Positions 53,001 through 64,000 of a stretch of DNA of 64,000 nucleotides are shown here, piece after piece (the stretch's first letter is position 1; every line of letters begins with the position of its first letter). The translations under genes and the position numbers were made by a program. Under the pieces are notes generated by a model. The model was not told where the DNA came from. It saw only the letters and a program-made list of their open reading frames with translations, and searched no databases. The stretch comes from Eledone cirrhosa. Its lineage: Eukaryota. The DNA is taken from positions 17,608,001 through 17,672,000 of the forward strand of contig OZ024760.1 of the NCBI GenBank assembly GCA_964016885.1, written 5' to 3'.

Positions 53001-54860
53001 AGGGGAGATAATTTTTTTTAAAAAATCAGGCGGAGATAACTTGTAAAAAAAAATCAGGGGGAGATAATTTGTAAAAAAAAATCAGGGGGAGATAATTTGT
53101 AAAAAAAAATCAGGGGGAGATAATTTGTAAAAAAAATCAAGGGGAGATAATTTCCAGCCGTCCAAGGGAAGATAATTTCCAGCCCTCCAAGGGGCTATAA
53201 TTTCCAGCGTCCAAGGGGAGATAATTTCCAGCCAGCGAAGGGGAGATAATTTTTTTTAAAAAATCATTGGGAGATTTGTAAAAAAAATCAGGGGAGATAA
53301 TTTGTAAAAAAAATCAAGGGGAGATAATTTCCAGCCGTCCAAGGGGAGGTAATATCTAGCCGTCCAAGGGGAGATAATTTCCAGCCGTCCAAGGGGAGAT
53401 AAATTCCAGCCGTCCAAGGGTAGATAATATCCAGCCGTCCAAGGAGACATATTTTCCAGCCGTCCAAGGAGAGGTAATTTCTAGCCGTCCAAAGGGAGAT
53501 AAATTCCAGCCTCCAAGGGGAGATAATTTCCAGCCAGCCAAGTGGAGATAATTTGTAAAAAGATCAGGGGGAGATAATTTGTAAAAAAAATCAGGGGGAG
53601 ATAATTTGTAAAAAAAAATCAGGTTGAGATAATTTGTAAAAAAAAATCAGGGGGAGATAATTTGTAAAAAAAATCAAGGGGAGATAATTTCCAGCCGTCC
53701 AAGGGGAGATAATTTTCAGCCGTCCAAGGGGAGATAATTTCCCGCCAGCCAAGGGAAGATAATATTTAAAAAAATCAGGCGGAGATAATTTGTAAAAAAA
53801 ATCAGGGGGAGATAATTTGTAAAAAAATCAGGGGGAGATAATTTGTAAAAAAAAATCGGGTAGATAATTTGTAAAAAAAAATAAGGGGGAGATAATTTGT
53901 AAAAAAAAATCAGGGGGAGATAATTTGTAAAAAAAATCAAGGGGAGATAATTTGTAAAAAAAATCAAGGGGAGATAATTTCCAGCCGTCCAAGGGGAGAT
54001 AATTTTCAGCCGCCCAAGGAGAGGTAATTTCAAGCCGTCCAAGGGGAGATAATTTCCAGCCGTCCAAGGGGAGATAATTTCCAGCCGTCCAAGGGGAGAT
54101 AATTTCCAGCCGTCCAAGGGTAGATAATATCCAGCCGTCCAAGGAGACATATTTGCCAGCCGTCGAAGGAGAGGTAATTTCTAGCCGTCCAAAGGGAGAT
54201 AAATTCCAGCCTCCAAGGGGAGATAATTTCCAGCCAGCCAAGGGGAGATAATTTATAAAAAAATCAGGGGGAGATAATTTGTAAAAAATAATCAGGGGGA
54301 GATAATTTGTAAAAAAAAATCAGGGGGAGATAATTTGTAAAAAAAAATCAGGGGGAGATAATTTGTAAAAAAAATCAAGGGGAGATAATTTCCACCCGTC
54401 CAAGGGGAGATAATTTTCAGCCGTCCAAGGGGAGATAATTTCCCGCCAGCCAAGGGAAGATAATATTTAAAAAAATCAGGCGGAGATAATTTGTAAAAAA
54501 AATCAGGGGGAGATAATTTGTAAAAAAATCAGGGGGAGATAATTTGTAAAAAAAATCAGGGGTAGATAATTTGTAAAAAAAAATCAGGGGGAGATAATTT
54601 GTAAAAAAAAATCAGGGGGAGATAATTTGTAAAAAAAATCCAGGGGAGATAATTTGTAAAAAAAATCAAGGGGAGATAATTTCCAGCCGTCCAAGGGGAA
54701 ATAATTTCCAGCCGTCCAAGGAGAGATAATTTTAAAAAAAAATCAGGCGGAGATAATTTGTAAAAAAAAATCAGGGGGAGATAATTTGTAAAAAAAAATC
54801 AGGGGGAGATAATTTGTAAAAAAAATCAAGGGGAGATAATTTGCAGCCGTCCAAGGGGAG
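41050..54860 (+). repeat. ~14-kb segmental duplication, copy B
   Basis: Same evidence as copy A. It differs by whole-monomer indels (e.g. a 165-bp loss at ~44500) and a few private substitutions. Confidence 0.9.
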
Positions 54861-57599
54861 ATAATTTTCAGTCGTCCAAGGAGAGGTAATTTCCAGCCGT
54901 CCAAGGGGAGATAATTTTTTTGAAAAAATCAGGCGGAGATAATTTGTGAAAAAAATCAGGGGGAGATAATTTGTAAAAAAAAATCAGGGGGAGATAATTT
55001 GTAAAAAAAAATCAGGGGGAGATAATTTGTAAAAAAAATCAAGGAGAGATAATTTCCAGCCGTCCAAGGGAAGATAATTTCCAGCCCTCCAAGTGGCTAT
55101 AATTTCCAGTGTCCAAGGGGAGATAATTTCCAGCCAGCGAAGGGGAGATAATTTTTTTTTAAAAATCAGGGGGAGATTTGTAAAAAAAATCAGGGGGAGA
55201 TAATTTGTAAAAAAAATCAAAGGGAGATAATTTCCAGCCGTCCAAGGGGAGATAATTTCCATCCTTCCAAGGGGAGATAATTTCCAGCCGTCCAAGGGGA
55301 GATAATTTCCCGCCAGCCAAGGGAAGATAATTTTTTAAAAAATCAGGCGGAGATTGTAAAAAAAATCAGGGGGAGGTAATTTGTAAAAAAAAATCAGGGG
55401 GAGATAATTTGTAAAAAAAATCAGGGGTAGATAATTTGTAAAAAAAATCAGGGGGAGATAATTTGTAAAAAAAAATCAGGGGGAGATAATTTGTAAAAAA
55501 AATCAAGGGGAGATAATTTGCAGCCGTCCAAGGGGAGATAATTTTCAGCCGTCCAAGGAGAGGTAATTTCTAGCCGTCCAAGGGGAGATAATTTCCAGCC
55601 GTCCAAGGGGAGATAATTTCCAGCCGTCCAAGGGGAGATAATTTTTTAAAAAAAATCAGGCGGAGATAATTTGTAAAAAAAAAATCAGGGGGAGATAATT
55701 TGTAAAAAAAAATCAGGGTGAGATAATTTGTAAAAAAAAATCAGGGGGAGATAATTTGTAAAAAAAATCAAGGGGAGATAATTTCCAGCCGTCCAAGGGA
55801 AGATAATTTCCAGCCCTCCAAGGGGCTATAATTTCCAGCGTCCAAGGGGAGAGAATTTCCAGCCAGCGAAGGGGAGATAATTTTTTTTAAAAAATCATTG
55901 GGAGATTTGTAAAAAAAAACAGGGGGAGATAATTTGTAAAAAAAATCAAGGGGAGATAATTTCCAGCCGTCCAAGGGGAGGTAATATCTAGCCGTCCAAG
56001 GGGAGATAATTTCCAGCCGTCCAAGGGGAGATAATTTCCAGCCGTCCAAGGGTAGATAATATCCAGCCGTCCAAGGAGACATATTTTCCAGCCGTCCAAG
56101 GAGAGGTAATTTCTAGCCGTCCAAAGGGAGATAAATTCCAGCCTCCAAGGGGAGATAATTTCCAGCCAGCCAAGGGGAGATAATTTGTAAAAAGATCAGG
56201 GGGAGATAATTTGTAAAAAAAATCAGGGGGAGATAATTTGTAAAAAAAATCAAGGGGAGATAATTTCCAGCCGTCCAAGGGGAGATAATTTTCAGCCGTC
56301 CAAGGAGAGGTAATTTCAAGCCGTCCAAGGGGAGATAATTTCCAGCCGTCCAAGGGGAGATAATTTCCAGCCGTCCAAGGGGAGATAATTTTTTTAAAAA
56401 AATCAGGCGGAGATAATTTGTAAAAAAAATCAGGGGGAGATAATTTGTAAAAAAAAATCAGGGGGAGATAATTTGTAAAAAAAAATCAGGGGAAGATAAT
56501 TTGTAAAAAAAAATCAGGGGGAGATAATTTGTAAAAAAAATCAAGGGGAGATAATTTCCAGCCGTCCAAGGGGAGATAATTTCCCGCCAGCCAAGGGGAG
56601 ATAATATTTAAAAAAATCAGGCGGAGATAATTTGTAAAAAAAATCAGGGGAGATAATTTGTAAAAAAAAATCAGGGGGAGATAATTTGTAAAAAAAATCA
56701 AGGGGAGATAATTTGTAAAAAAAATCAAGGGGAGATAATTTCCAGCCGTCCAAGGGGAGATAATTTTCAGCCGTCCAAGGAGAGGTAATTTCAAGCCGTC
56801 CAAGGGGAGATAATTTCCAGCCGTCCAAGGGGAGATAATTTCCAGCCGTCCAAGGGGAGATAATTTCCAGCCGTCCAAGGGTAGATAATATCCAGCCGTC
56901 CAAGGAGACATATTTGCCAGCCGTCCAACGAGAGGTAATTTCTAGCTGTCCAAAGGGAGATAAATTCCAGCCTCCAAGGGGAGATAATTTCCAGCCAGCC
57001 AAGGGGAGATAATTTGTAAAAAAATCAGGGGGAGATAATTTGTAAAAAAAATCAGGGGGAGATAATTTGTAAAAAAAAATCAGGGGGAGATAATTTGTAA
57101 AAAAAAATCAAGGGGAGATAATTTGTAAAAAAAAATCAGGGGGAGATAATTTGTAAAAAAAATCAAGGGGAGATAATTTCCACCCGTCCAAGGGGAGATA
57201 ATTTTCAGCCGTCCAAGGGGAGATAATTTCCCGCCAGCCAAGGGAAGATAATATTTAAAAAAATCAGGCGGAGATAATTTGTAAAAAAAATCAGGGGGAG
57301 ATAATTTGTAAAAAAAAATCAGGGGTAGATAATTTGTAAAAAAAAATCAGGGGGAGATAATTTGTAAAAAAAAATCAGGGGGAGATAATTTGTAAAAAAA
57401 ATCAAGGGGAGATAATTTGTAAAAAAAATCAAGGGGAGATAATTTCCAGCCGTCCAAGGGGAAATAATTTCCAGCCGTCCAAGGAGAGATAATTTTAAAA
57501 AAAAATCAGGCGGAGATAATTTGTAAAAAAAAATCAGGGGGAGATAATTTGTAAAAAAAAATCAGGGGGAGATAATTTGTAAAAAAAATCAAGGGGAGA

Positions 57600-60500
57600 T
57601 AATTTCCAGCCGTCCAAGGGGAGACAATTTTCAGCCGTCCAAGGAGAGGTAATTTCAAGCCGTCCAAGGGGAGATAATTTCCAGCCGTCCAAGGGGAGAT
57701 AATTTCCAGCCGTCCAAGGGGAGATAATTTTTTTAAAAAAATCAGGCGGAGATAATTTGTAAAAAAAATCAGGGGGAGATAATTTGTAAAAAAAAATCAG
57801 GGGGAGATAATTTGTAAAAAAAAATCAGGGGGAGATAATTTGTAAAAAAAAATCAGGGGGAGATAATTTGTAAAAAAAATCAAGGGAGATAATTTCCAGC
57901 CGTCCAAGGGGAGATAATTTTCAGCCGTCCAAGGGGAGATAATTTCCCGCCAGCCAAGGGGAGATAATATTTAAAAAAATCAGGCGGAGATAATTTGTAA
58001 TAAAAATCAGGGGGAGATAATTTGTAAAAAAATCAGGGGGAGATAATTTGTAAAAAAAATCAGGGGTAGATAAATTGTAAAAAAAAATCAGGGGGAGATA
58101 ATTTGTAAAAAAAAATCAGGGGGAGATAATTTGTAAAAAAAATCAAGGGGAGATAATTTCCAGCCGTCCAAGGGGAGATAATTTTTAAAAAAAAATCAGG
58201 CGGAGATAATTTGTAAAAAAAATCAGGGGAAGATAATTTGTAAAAAAAAATCAGGGGGAGATAATTTGTAAAAAAAAATCAGGGGGAGATAATTTGTAAA
58301 AAAAAATCAGGGGGAGATAATTTGTAAAAAAAATCAAGGGGAGATAATTTCCAGCCGTCCAAGGGGAGATAATTTTCAGCCGTCCAAGGGGAGATAATTT
58401 CCCGCCAGCCAAGGGAAGATATTTAAAAAAATCAGGATGATAATTTGTAAAAAAAATCAGGGGGAGATAATTTGTAAAAAAATCAGGGGGAGATAATTTG
58501 TAAAAAAAAATCAGGGGTAGATAATTTGTAAAAAAAAATCAGGGGGAGATAATTTGTAAAAAAAATCAAGGGGAGATAATTTGTAAAAAAAATCAAGGGG
58601 AGATAATTTCCAGCCGTCCAAGGGGAGATAATTTTCAGCCGTCCAAGGAGAGGTAATTTAAAGCCGTCCAAGGGGAGATAATTTCCAGCCGTCCAAGGGG
58701 AGATAATTTCCAGCCGTCCAAGGGGAGATAATTTCCAGCCGTCCAAGGGTAGATAAAATCCAGCCGTCCAAGGAGACATATTTGCCAGCCGTCCAAGGAG
58801 AGGTAATTTCTAGCCGTCCAAAGGGAGATAAATTCCAGCCTCCAAGGGGAGATAATTTCCAACCAGCCAAGGGGAGATAATTTGTAAAAAAATCAGGGGG
58901 AGATAATTGGTAAAAAAAATCAGGGGGAGATAATTTGTAAAAAAAAATCAGGGGTAGATAATTTGTAAAAAAAAATCAGGGGGAGATAATTTGTAAAAAA
59001 AAATCAGGGGGAGATAATTTGTAAAAAAAATCAAGGGGAGATAATTTCCAGCCGTCCAAGGGGAGATAATTTTCAGCCGTCCAAGGAGAGGTAATTTCAA
59101 GCCGTCCAAGGGGAGATAATTTCCAGCCGTCCAAGGGGAGATAATTTCCAGCCGTCCAAGGGGAGATAATATTTTAAAAAAAATCAGGCGGAGATAATTT
59201 GTAAAAAAAATCAGGGGGAGATAATTTGTAAAAAAAAATCAGGGGGAGATAATTTGTAAAAAAAAATCAGGGGGAGATAATTTGTAAAAAAAAATCAGGG
59301 GGAGATAATTTGTAAAAAAAATCAAGGGAGATAATTTCCAGCCGTCCAAGGGGAGATAATTTTCAGCCGTCCAAGGGGAGATAATTTCCCGCCAGCCAAG
59401 GGGACATAATATTTTAAAAAATCAGGCGGAGATAATTTATAAAAAAAATCAGGGGGAGATAATTTGTAAAAAAATCAGGGGGAGATAATTTGTAAAAAAA
59501 ATCAGGGGTAGATAATTTGTAAAAAAAAATCAGGGGGAGATAATTTGTAAAAAAAATCAAGGGGAGATAATTTCCAGCCGTCCAAGGGGAGATAATTTTT
59601 TTAAAAAAATCAGGCGGAGATAATTTGTAAAAAAAATCAGGGGAAGATAATTTGTAAAAAAAAATCAGGGGGAGATAATTTGTAAAAAAAAATCAGGGGG
59701 AGATAATTTGTAAAAAAAAATCAGGGGGAGATAATTTGTAAAAAAAATCAAGGGGAGATAATTTCCAGCCGTCCAAGGGGAGATAATTTTCAGCCGTCCA
59801 AGGGGAGATAATTTCCCGCCAGCCAAGGGAAGATATTTAAAAAAATCAGGATGATAATTTGTAAAAAAATCAGGGGGAGATAATTTGTAAAAAAATCAGG
59901 GGGAGATAATTTGTAAAAAAAAATCAGGGGTAGATAATTTGTAAAAAAAAATCAGGGGGAGATAATTTGTAAAAAAAATCAAGGGGAGATAATTTGTAAA
60001 AAAAAATCAAGGGGAGATAATTTCCAGCCGTCCAAGGGGAGATAATTTTCAGCCGTCCAAGGAGAGGTAATTTCAAGCCGTCCAAGGGGAGATAATTTCC
60101 AGCCGTCCAAGGGGAGATAATTTCCAGCCGTCCAAGGGGAGATAATTTCCAGCCGTCCAAGGGTAGATAAAATCCAGCCGTCCAAGGAGACATATTTGCC
60201 AGCCGTCCAAGGAGAGGTAATTTCTAGCCGTCCAAAGGGAGATAAATTCCAGCCTCCAAGGGGAGATAATTTCCAGCCAGCCAAGGGGAGATAATTTGTA
60301 AAAAAATCAGGGGGAGATAATTTGTAAAAAAAATCAGGAGGAGATAATTTGTAAAAAAAAATCAGGGGGAGATAATTTGTAAAAAAAAATCAGGGGGAGA
60401 TAATTTGTAAAAAAAAATCACGGGGAGATAATTTGTAAAAAAAATCAAGGGGAGATAATTTCCAGCCGTCCAAGGGGAGATAATTTTCAGCCGTCCAAGG

Positions 60501-60600
60501 AGAGGTAATTTCAAGCCGTCCAAGGGGAGATAATTTCCAGCCGTCCAAGGGGAGATAATTTCCAGCCGTCCAAGGGGAGATAATATTTTTAAAAAAATCA
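57600..60600 (+). repeat. More diverged tandem duplication with a ~1.4-kb unit
   Basis: Shared markers: TCAAGGGAG with three G (57880/59322), CAGGGGAAG (58224/59638) and GGGAAGATATTT lacking AAT (58413/59827). Offsets are 1414-1442. Confidence 0.8.
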
Positions 60601-61689
60601 GGCGGAGATAATTTGTAAAAAAAATCAGGGGGAGATAATTTGTAAAAAAAAATCAGGGGGAGTTAATTTGTAAAAAAAAATCAGGGGGAGATAATTTGTA
60701 AAAAAAAATCAGGGGGAGATAATTTGTAAAAAAAATCAAGGGGAAATAATTTCCAGCCGTCCAAGGGGAGATAATTTTCAGCCGTCCAAGGGGAGATAAT
60801 TTCCGGCCAGCCAAGGGGAGATAATATTTAAAAAAATCAGGCGGAGATAATTTGTAAAAAAAATTAGGGGGAGATAATTTGTAAAAAAATCAGGGGGAGA
60901 TCATTTGTAAAAAAAAATCAGGGGTAGATAATTTGTAAAAAAAAATCAGGGGAGATAATTTGTAAAAAAAAATCAGGGGGAGATAATTTGTAAAAAAAAT
61001 CAAGGGGCGATAATTTGTAAAAAAAAATCAAGGGGAGATAATTTCCAGCCGTCCAAGGGGAGATAATTTTCAGCCGTCCAAGGAGAGGTAATTTCAAGCC
61101 GTCCAAGGGGAGATAATTTCCAGCCGTCCAAGGGGAGATAATTTCCAGCCGTCCAAGGGGAGATAATTTCCAGCCGTCCAAGGGTAGATAATATCCAGCC
61201 GTCCAAGGAGACATATTTGCCAGCCGTCCAAGGAGAGGTAATTTCTAGCCGTCCAAAGGGAGATAAATTCCAGCCTCCAAGGGGAGATAATTTCCAGCCA
61301 GCCAAGGGGAGATAATTTGTAAAAAAATCAGGGGGAGATAATTTGTAAAAAAAATCAGGGAGATAATTTGTAAAAAAAAATCAGGGGGAGATAATTTGTA
61401 AAAAAAAATCAGGGGGAGATAATTTGTAAAAAAAAATCAGGGGGAGATAATTTGTAAAAAAATCAAGGGGAGTTAATTTCCACCCGTCCAAGGGGAGATA
61501 ATTTTCAGCCGTCCAAGGGGAGATAATTTCCAGCCAGCCAAGGGGAGATAATTTGTAAAAAAATCAGGGGGAGATAATTTGTAAAAAAAAATCAGGGGTA
61601 GATAATTTGTAAAAAAAAATCAGGGGGAGATAATTTGTAAAAAAAAATCAGGGGGAGATAATTTGTAAAAAAAATCAAGGGGAGATAAT

Positions 61690-64000
61690 TTGTAAAAAAA
61701 ATCAAGGGGAGATAATTTCCAGCCGTCCAAGGGGAAATAATTTCCAGCCGTCCAAGGAGAGATAATTTAAAAAAAAAATCAGGCGGAGATAATTTGTAAA
61801 AAAAAATCAGGGGGAGATAATTCGTAAAAAAAAATCAGGCGGAGATAATTTGTAAAAAAAATCAAGGGGAGATAATTTCCAGCCGTCCAAGGGGAGATAA
61901 TTTTCAGCCGTCCAAGGAGAGGTAATTTCAAGCCGTCCAAGGGGAGATAATTTCCAGCCGTCCAAGGGGAGATAATTTCCAGCCGTCCAAGGGGAGATAA
62001 TTTTTTTAAAAAATCAGGCGGAGATAATTTGTAAAAAAATCAAGGGGAGATAATTTGCAGCCGTCCAAGGGGAGATAATTTTCAGTCGTCCAAGGAGAGG
62101 TAATTTCTAGCCGTCCAAGGGGAGATAATTTCCAGCCGTCCAAGGGGAGATAATTTCCAGCCGTCCAAGGGGAGATAATTTTTTTAAAAAAATCAGGCGG
62201 AGATAATTTGTGAAAAAAATCAGGGGGAGATAATTTGTAAAAAAAATCAGGGGGAGATAATTTGTAAAAAAAAATCAGGGGGAGATAATTTGTAAAAAAA
62301 ATCAAGGAGAGATAATTTCCAGCCGTCCAAGGGAAGATAATTTCCAGCCCTCCAAGTGGCTATAATTTCCAGTGTCCAAGGGGAGATAATTTCCAGCCAG
62401 CGAAGGGGAGATAATTTTTTTTAAAAAATCAGGGGGAGATTTGTAAAAAAAATCAGGGGGAGATAATTTGTAAAAAAAATCAAAGGGAGATAATTTCCAG
62501 CCGTCCAAAGAGAGATAATTTCTAGCCGTCCAAGGAGAGGTAATTTCTAGCCGTCCAAGGGGAGATAATTTCCAGCCGTCCAAGGGGAGATAATTTCCAG
62601 CCGTCCAAGGGGAGATAATTTTTTTAAAAAAATCAGGCGGAGATAATTTGTAAAAAAAAATCAGGGGGAGATAATTTGTAAAAAAAAATCAGGGGGAGAT
62701 AATTTGTAAAAAAAATCAAGGGGAGATAATTTCCAGCCGTCCAAGGGAAGATAATTTCCAGCCCTCCAAGGGGCTATAATTTCCAGCGTCCAAGGGGAGA
62801 TAATTTCCAGCCAGCGAAGGGGAGATAATTTTTTTTAAAAAATCATTGGGAGATTTGTAAAAAAAATCAGGGGGAGATAATTTGTAAAAAAAATCAAGGG
62901 GAGATAATTTCCAGCCGTCCAAGGGGAGGTAATATCTAGCCGTCCAAGGGGAGATAATTTCCAGCCGTCCAAGGGGAGATAATTTCCAGCTGTCCAAGGG
63001 TAGATAATATCCAGCCGTCCAAGGAGACATATTTTCCAGCCGTCCAAGGAGAGGTAATTTCTAGCCGTCCAAAGGGAGATAAATTCCAGCCTCCAAGGGG
63101 AGAATATTTCCAGCCAGCCAAGGGGAGATAATTTGTAAAAAGATCAGGGGGAGATAATTTGTAAAAAAAATCAGGGGGAGATAATTTGTAAAAAAAATCA
63201 GGGTGAGATAATTTGTAAAAAAAAATCAGGGGGAGATAATTTGTAAAAAAAATCAAGGGGAGATAATTTCCAGCCGTCCAAGGGGAGATAATTTTCAGCC
63301 GTCCTAGGGGAGATAATTTCCCGCCAGCCAAGGGAAGATAATATTTAAAAAAATCAGGCGGAGATAATTTGTAAAAAAAATCAGGTGGAGATAATTTGTA
63401 AAAAAATCAGGGGGAGATAATTTGTAAAAAAAAATCAGGGGTAGATAATTTGTAAAAAAAAATAAGGGGGAGATAATTTGTAAAAAAAAATCAGGGGGAG
63501 ATAATTTGTAAAAAAAATCAAGGGGGGATAATTTGTAAAAAAAATCAAGGGGAGATAATTTCCAGCCGTCCAAGGGGAGATAATTTTCAGCCGTCCAAGG
63601 AGAGGTAATTTCAAGCCGTCCAAGGGGAGATAATTTCCAGCCGTCCAAGGGGAGATAATTTCCAGCCGTCCAAGGGGAGATAATTTCCAGACGTCCAAGG
63701 GTACATAATATCCAGCCGTCCAAGGAGACATATTTGCCAGCCGTCCAAGGAGAGGTAATTTCTAGCCGTCCAAAGGGAGATAAATTCCAGCCTCCAAGGG
63801 GAGATAATTTCCAGCCAGCCAAGGGGAGATAATTTGTAAAAAAATCAGGGGGAAATAATTTGTAAAAAAAATCAGGGGGAGATAATTTGTAAAAAAAAAT
63901 CAGGGGGAGATAATTTGTAAAAAAAAATCAGGGGGAGATAATTTGTAAAAAAAAATCAGGAGGAGATAATTTGTAAAAAAAATCAAGGGGAGATAATTTC
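61690..64000 (+). repeat. Diverged paralogue of ~52100-54400 (and ~22050-24300)
   Basis: ORF offset of 9607 (52399/62006, 52695/62302), the same cassette order, and several private substitutions. Confidence 0.8.

Larger units (their letters stand above)
1..64000 (+). repeat. Compound two-monomer tandem satellite array (25-29 bp units), head-to-tail, running off both ends of the window
   Basis: All sequence consists of GGGGAGATAATTT followed by either GT(A)nTCAR or CCAGCCGTCCAA, or 1-4 nt variants of these. No inversion or unique insert was seen. Confidence 0.99.

Noticed and set aside
78-63822. Well over 100 minus-strand ORFs of 60-208 aa (YKLSPPDFF, WTAGNYLPL, GRLEIISP repeats)
   Set aside because: They are translations of the 25-29 bp monomers in overlapping frames, mostly starting at TTG. 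The 25-bp unit cycles through all frames, single-A indels switch frame freely between paralogues, and no domain is recognisable. The strand bias follows from the repeated TAA stops on the + strand.
1-64000. CRISPR-like look of a constant 13-bp repeat plus a variable segment
   Set aside because: The would-be spacers are only 12-16 bp and of just two recurring types rather than unique. The repeat is too short, and there is no leader or cas gene.
1-64000. Telomerase-made telomeric repeat (G-rich strand, ~25 bp as in some budding yeasts)
   Set aside because: Variants are inherited in kb-scale duplicated blocks, which indicates recombinational amplification rather than templated de novo addition. 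There is no TTAGG-type motif that I recognise.
1-64000. GGAG/AGGAG as Shine-Dalgarno sites, TATAAT (e.g. ~3147) as -10 boxes, T-runs as terminators, or plasmid iterons
   Set aside because: These are incidental matches inside repeat units, with no associated genes, rep gene or GC-rich hairpins.
1-64000. Pure sequencing, assembly or synthetic concatemer artefact
   Set aside because: Rare variants are shared hierarchically, copies have private substitutions and homopolymer lengths are consistent by position, all of which fit natural evolution. The order of the large blocks still needs read validation.

Overview
The whole 64-kb window is one uninterrupted, single-orientation compound tandem satellite array. 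I see no genes, RNA genes, transposons or unique sequence. It is built from two related monomers that share a 13-bp head, GGGGAGATAATTT. Type A is head + GT(A)7-10TCA(G/A), 26-29 bp. Type B is head + CCAGCCGTCCAA, 25 bp. By length there are about 2,400 monomers. They alternate in runs (A usually 3-8, B usually 1-11, up to 20), with dedicated boundary variants and a fixed-order diverged B cassette recurring about every 1.1 kb. On top of this sit nested duplications from about 0.1 kb to about 14 kb, with offsets of about 11.4, 16.3, 25.1-25.3, 30.0 and 41.5 kb. The last ~9 kb appears more diverged. All listed ORFs are minus-strand artefacts of the repeat. The array is most consistent with eukaryotic heterochromatic (centromeric, pericentromeric or subtelomeric) satellite DNA; the organism and family cannot be identified from the sequence alone. 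Counts and offsets were read by hand from the sequence and the ORF track, so block boundaries are approximate.
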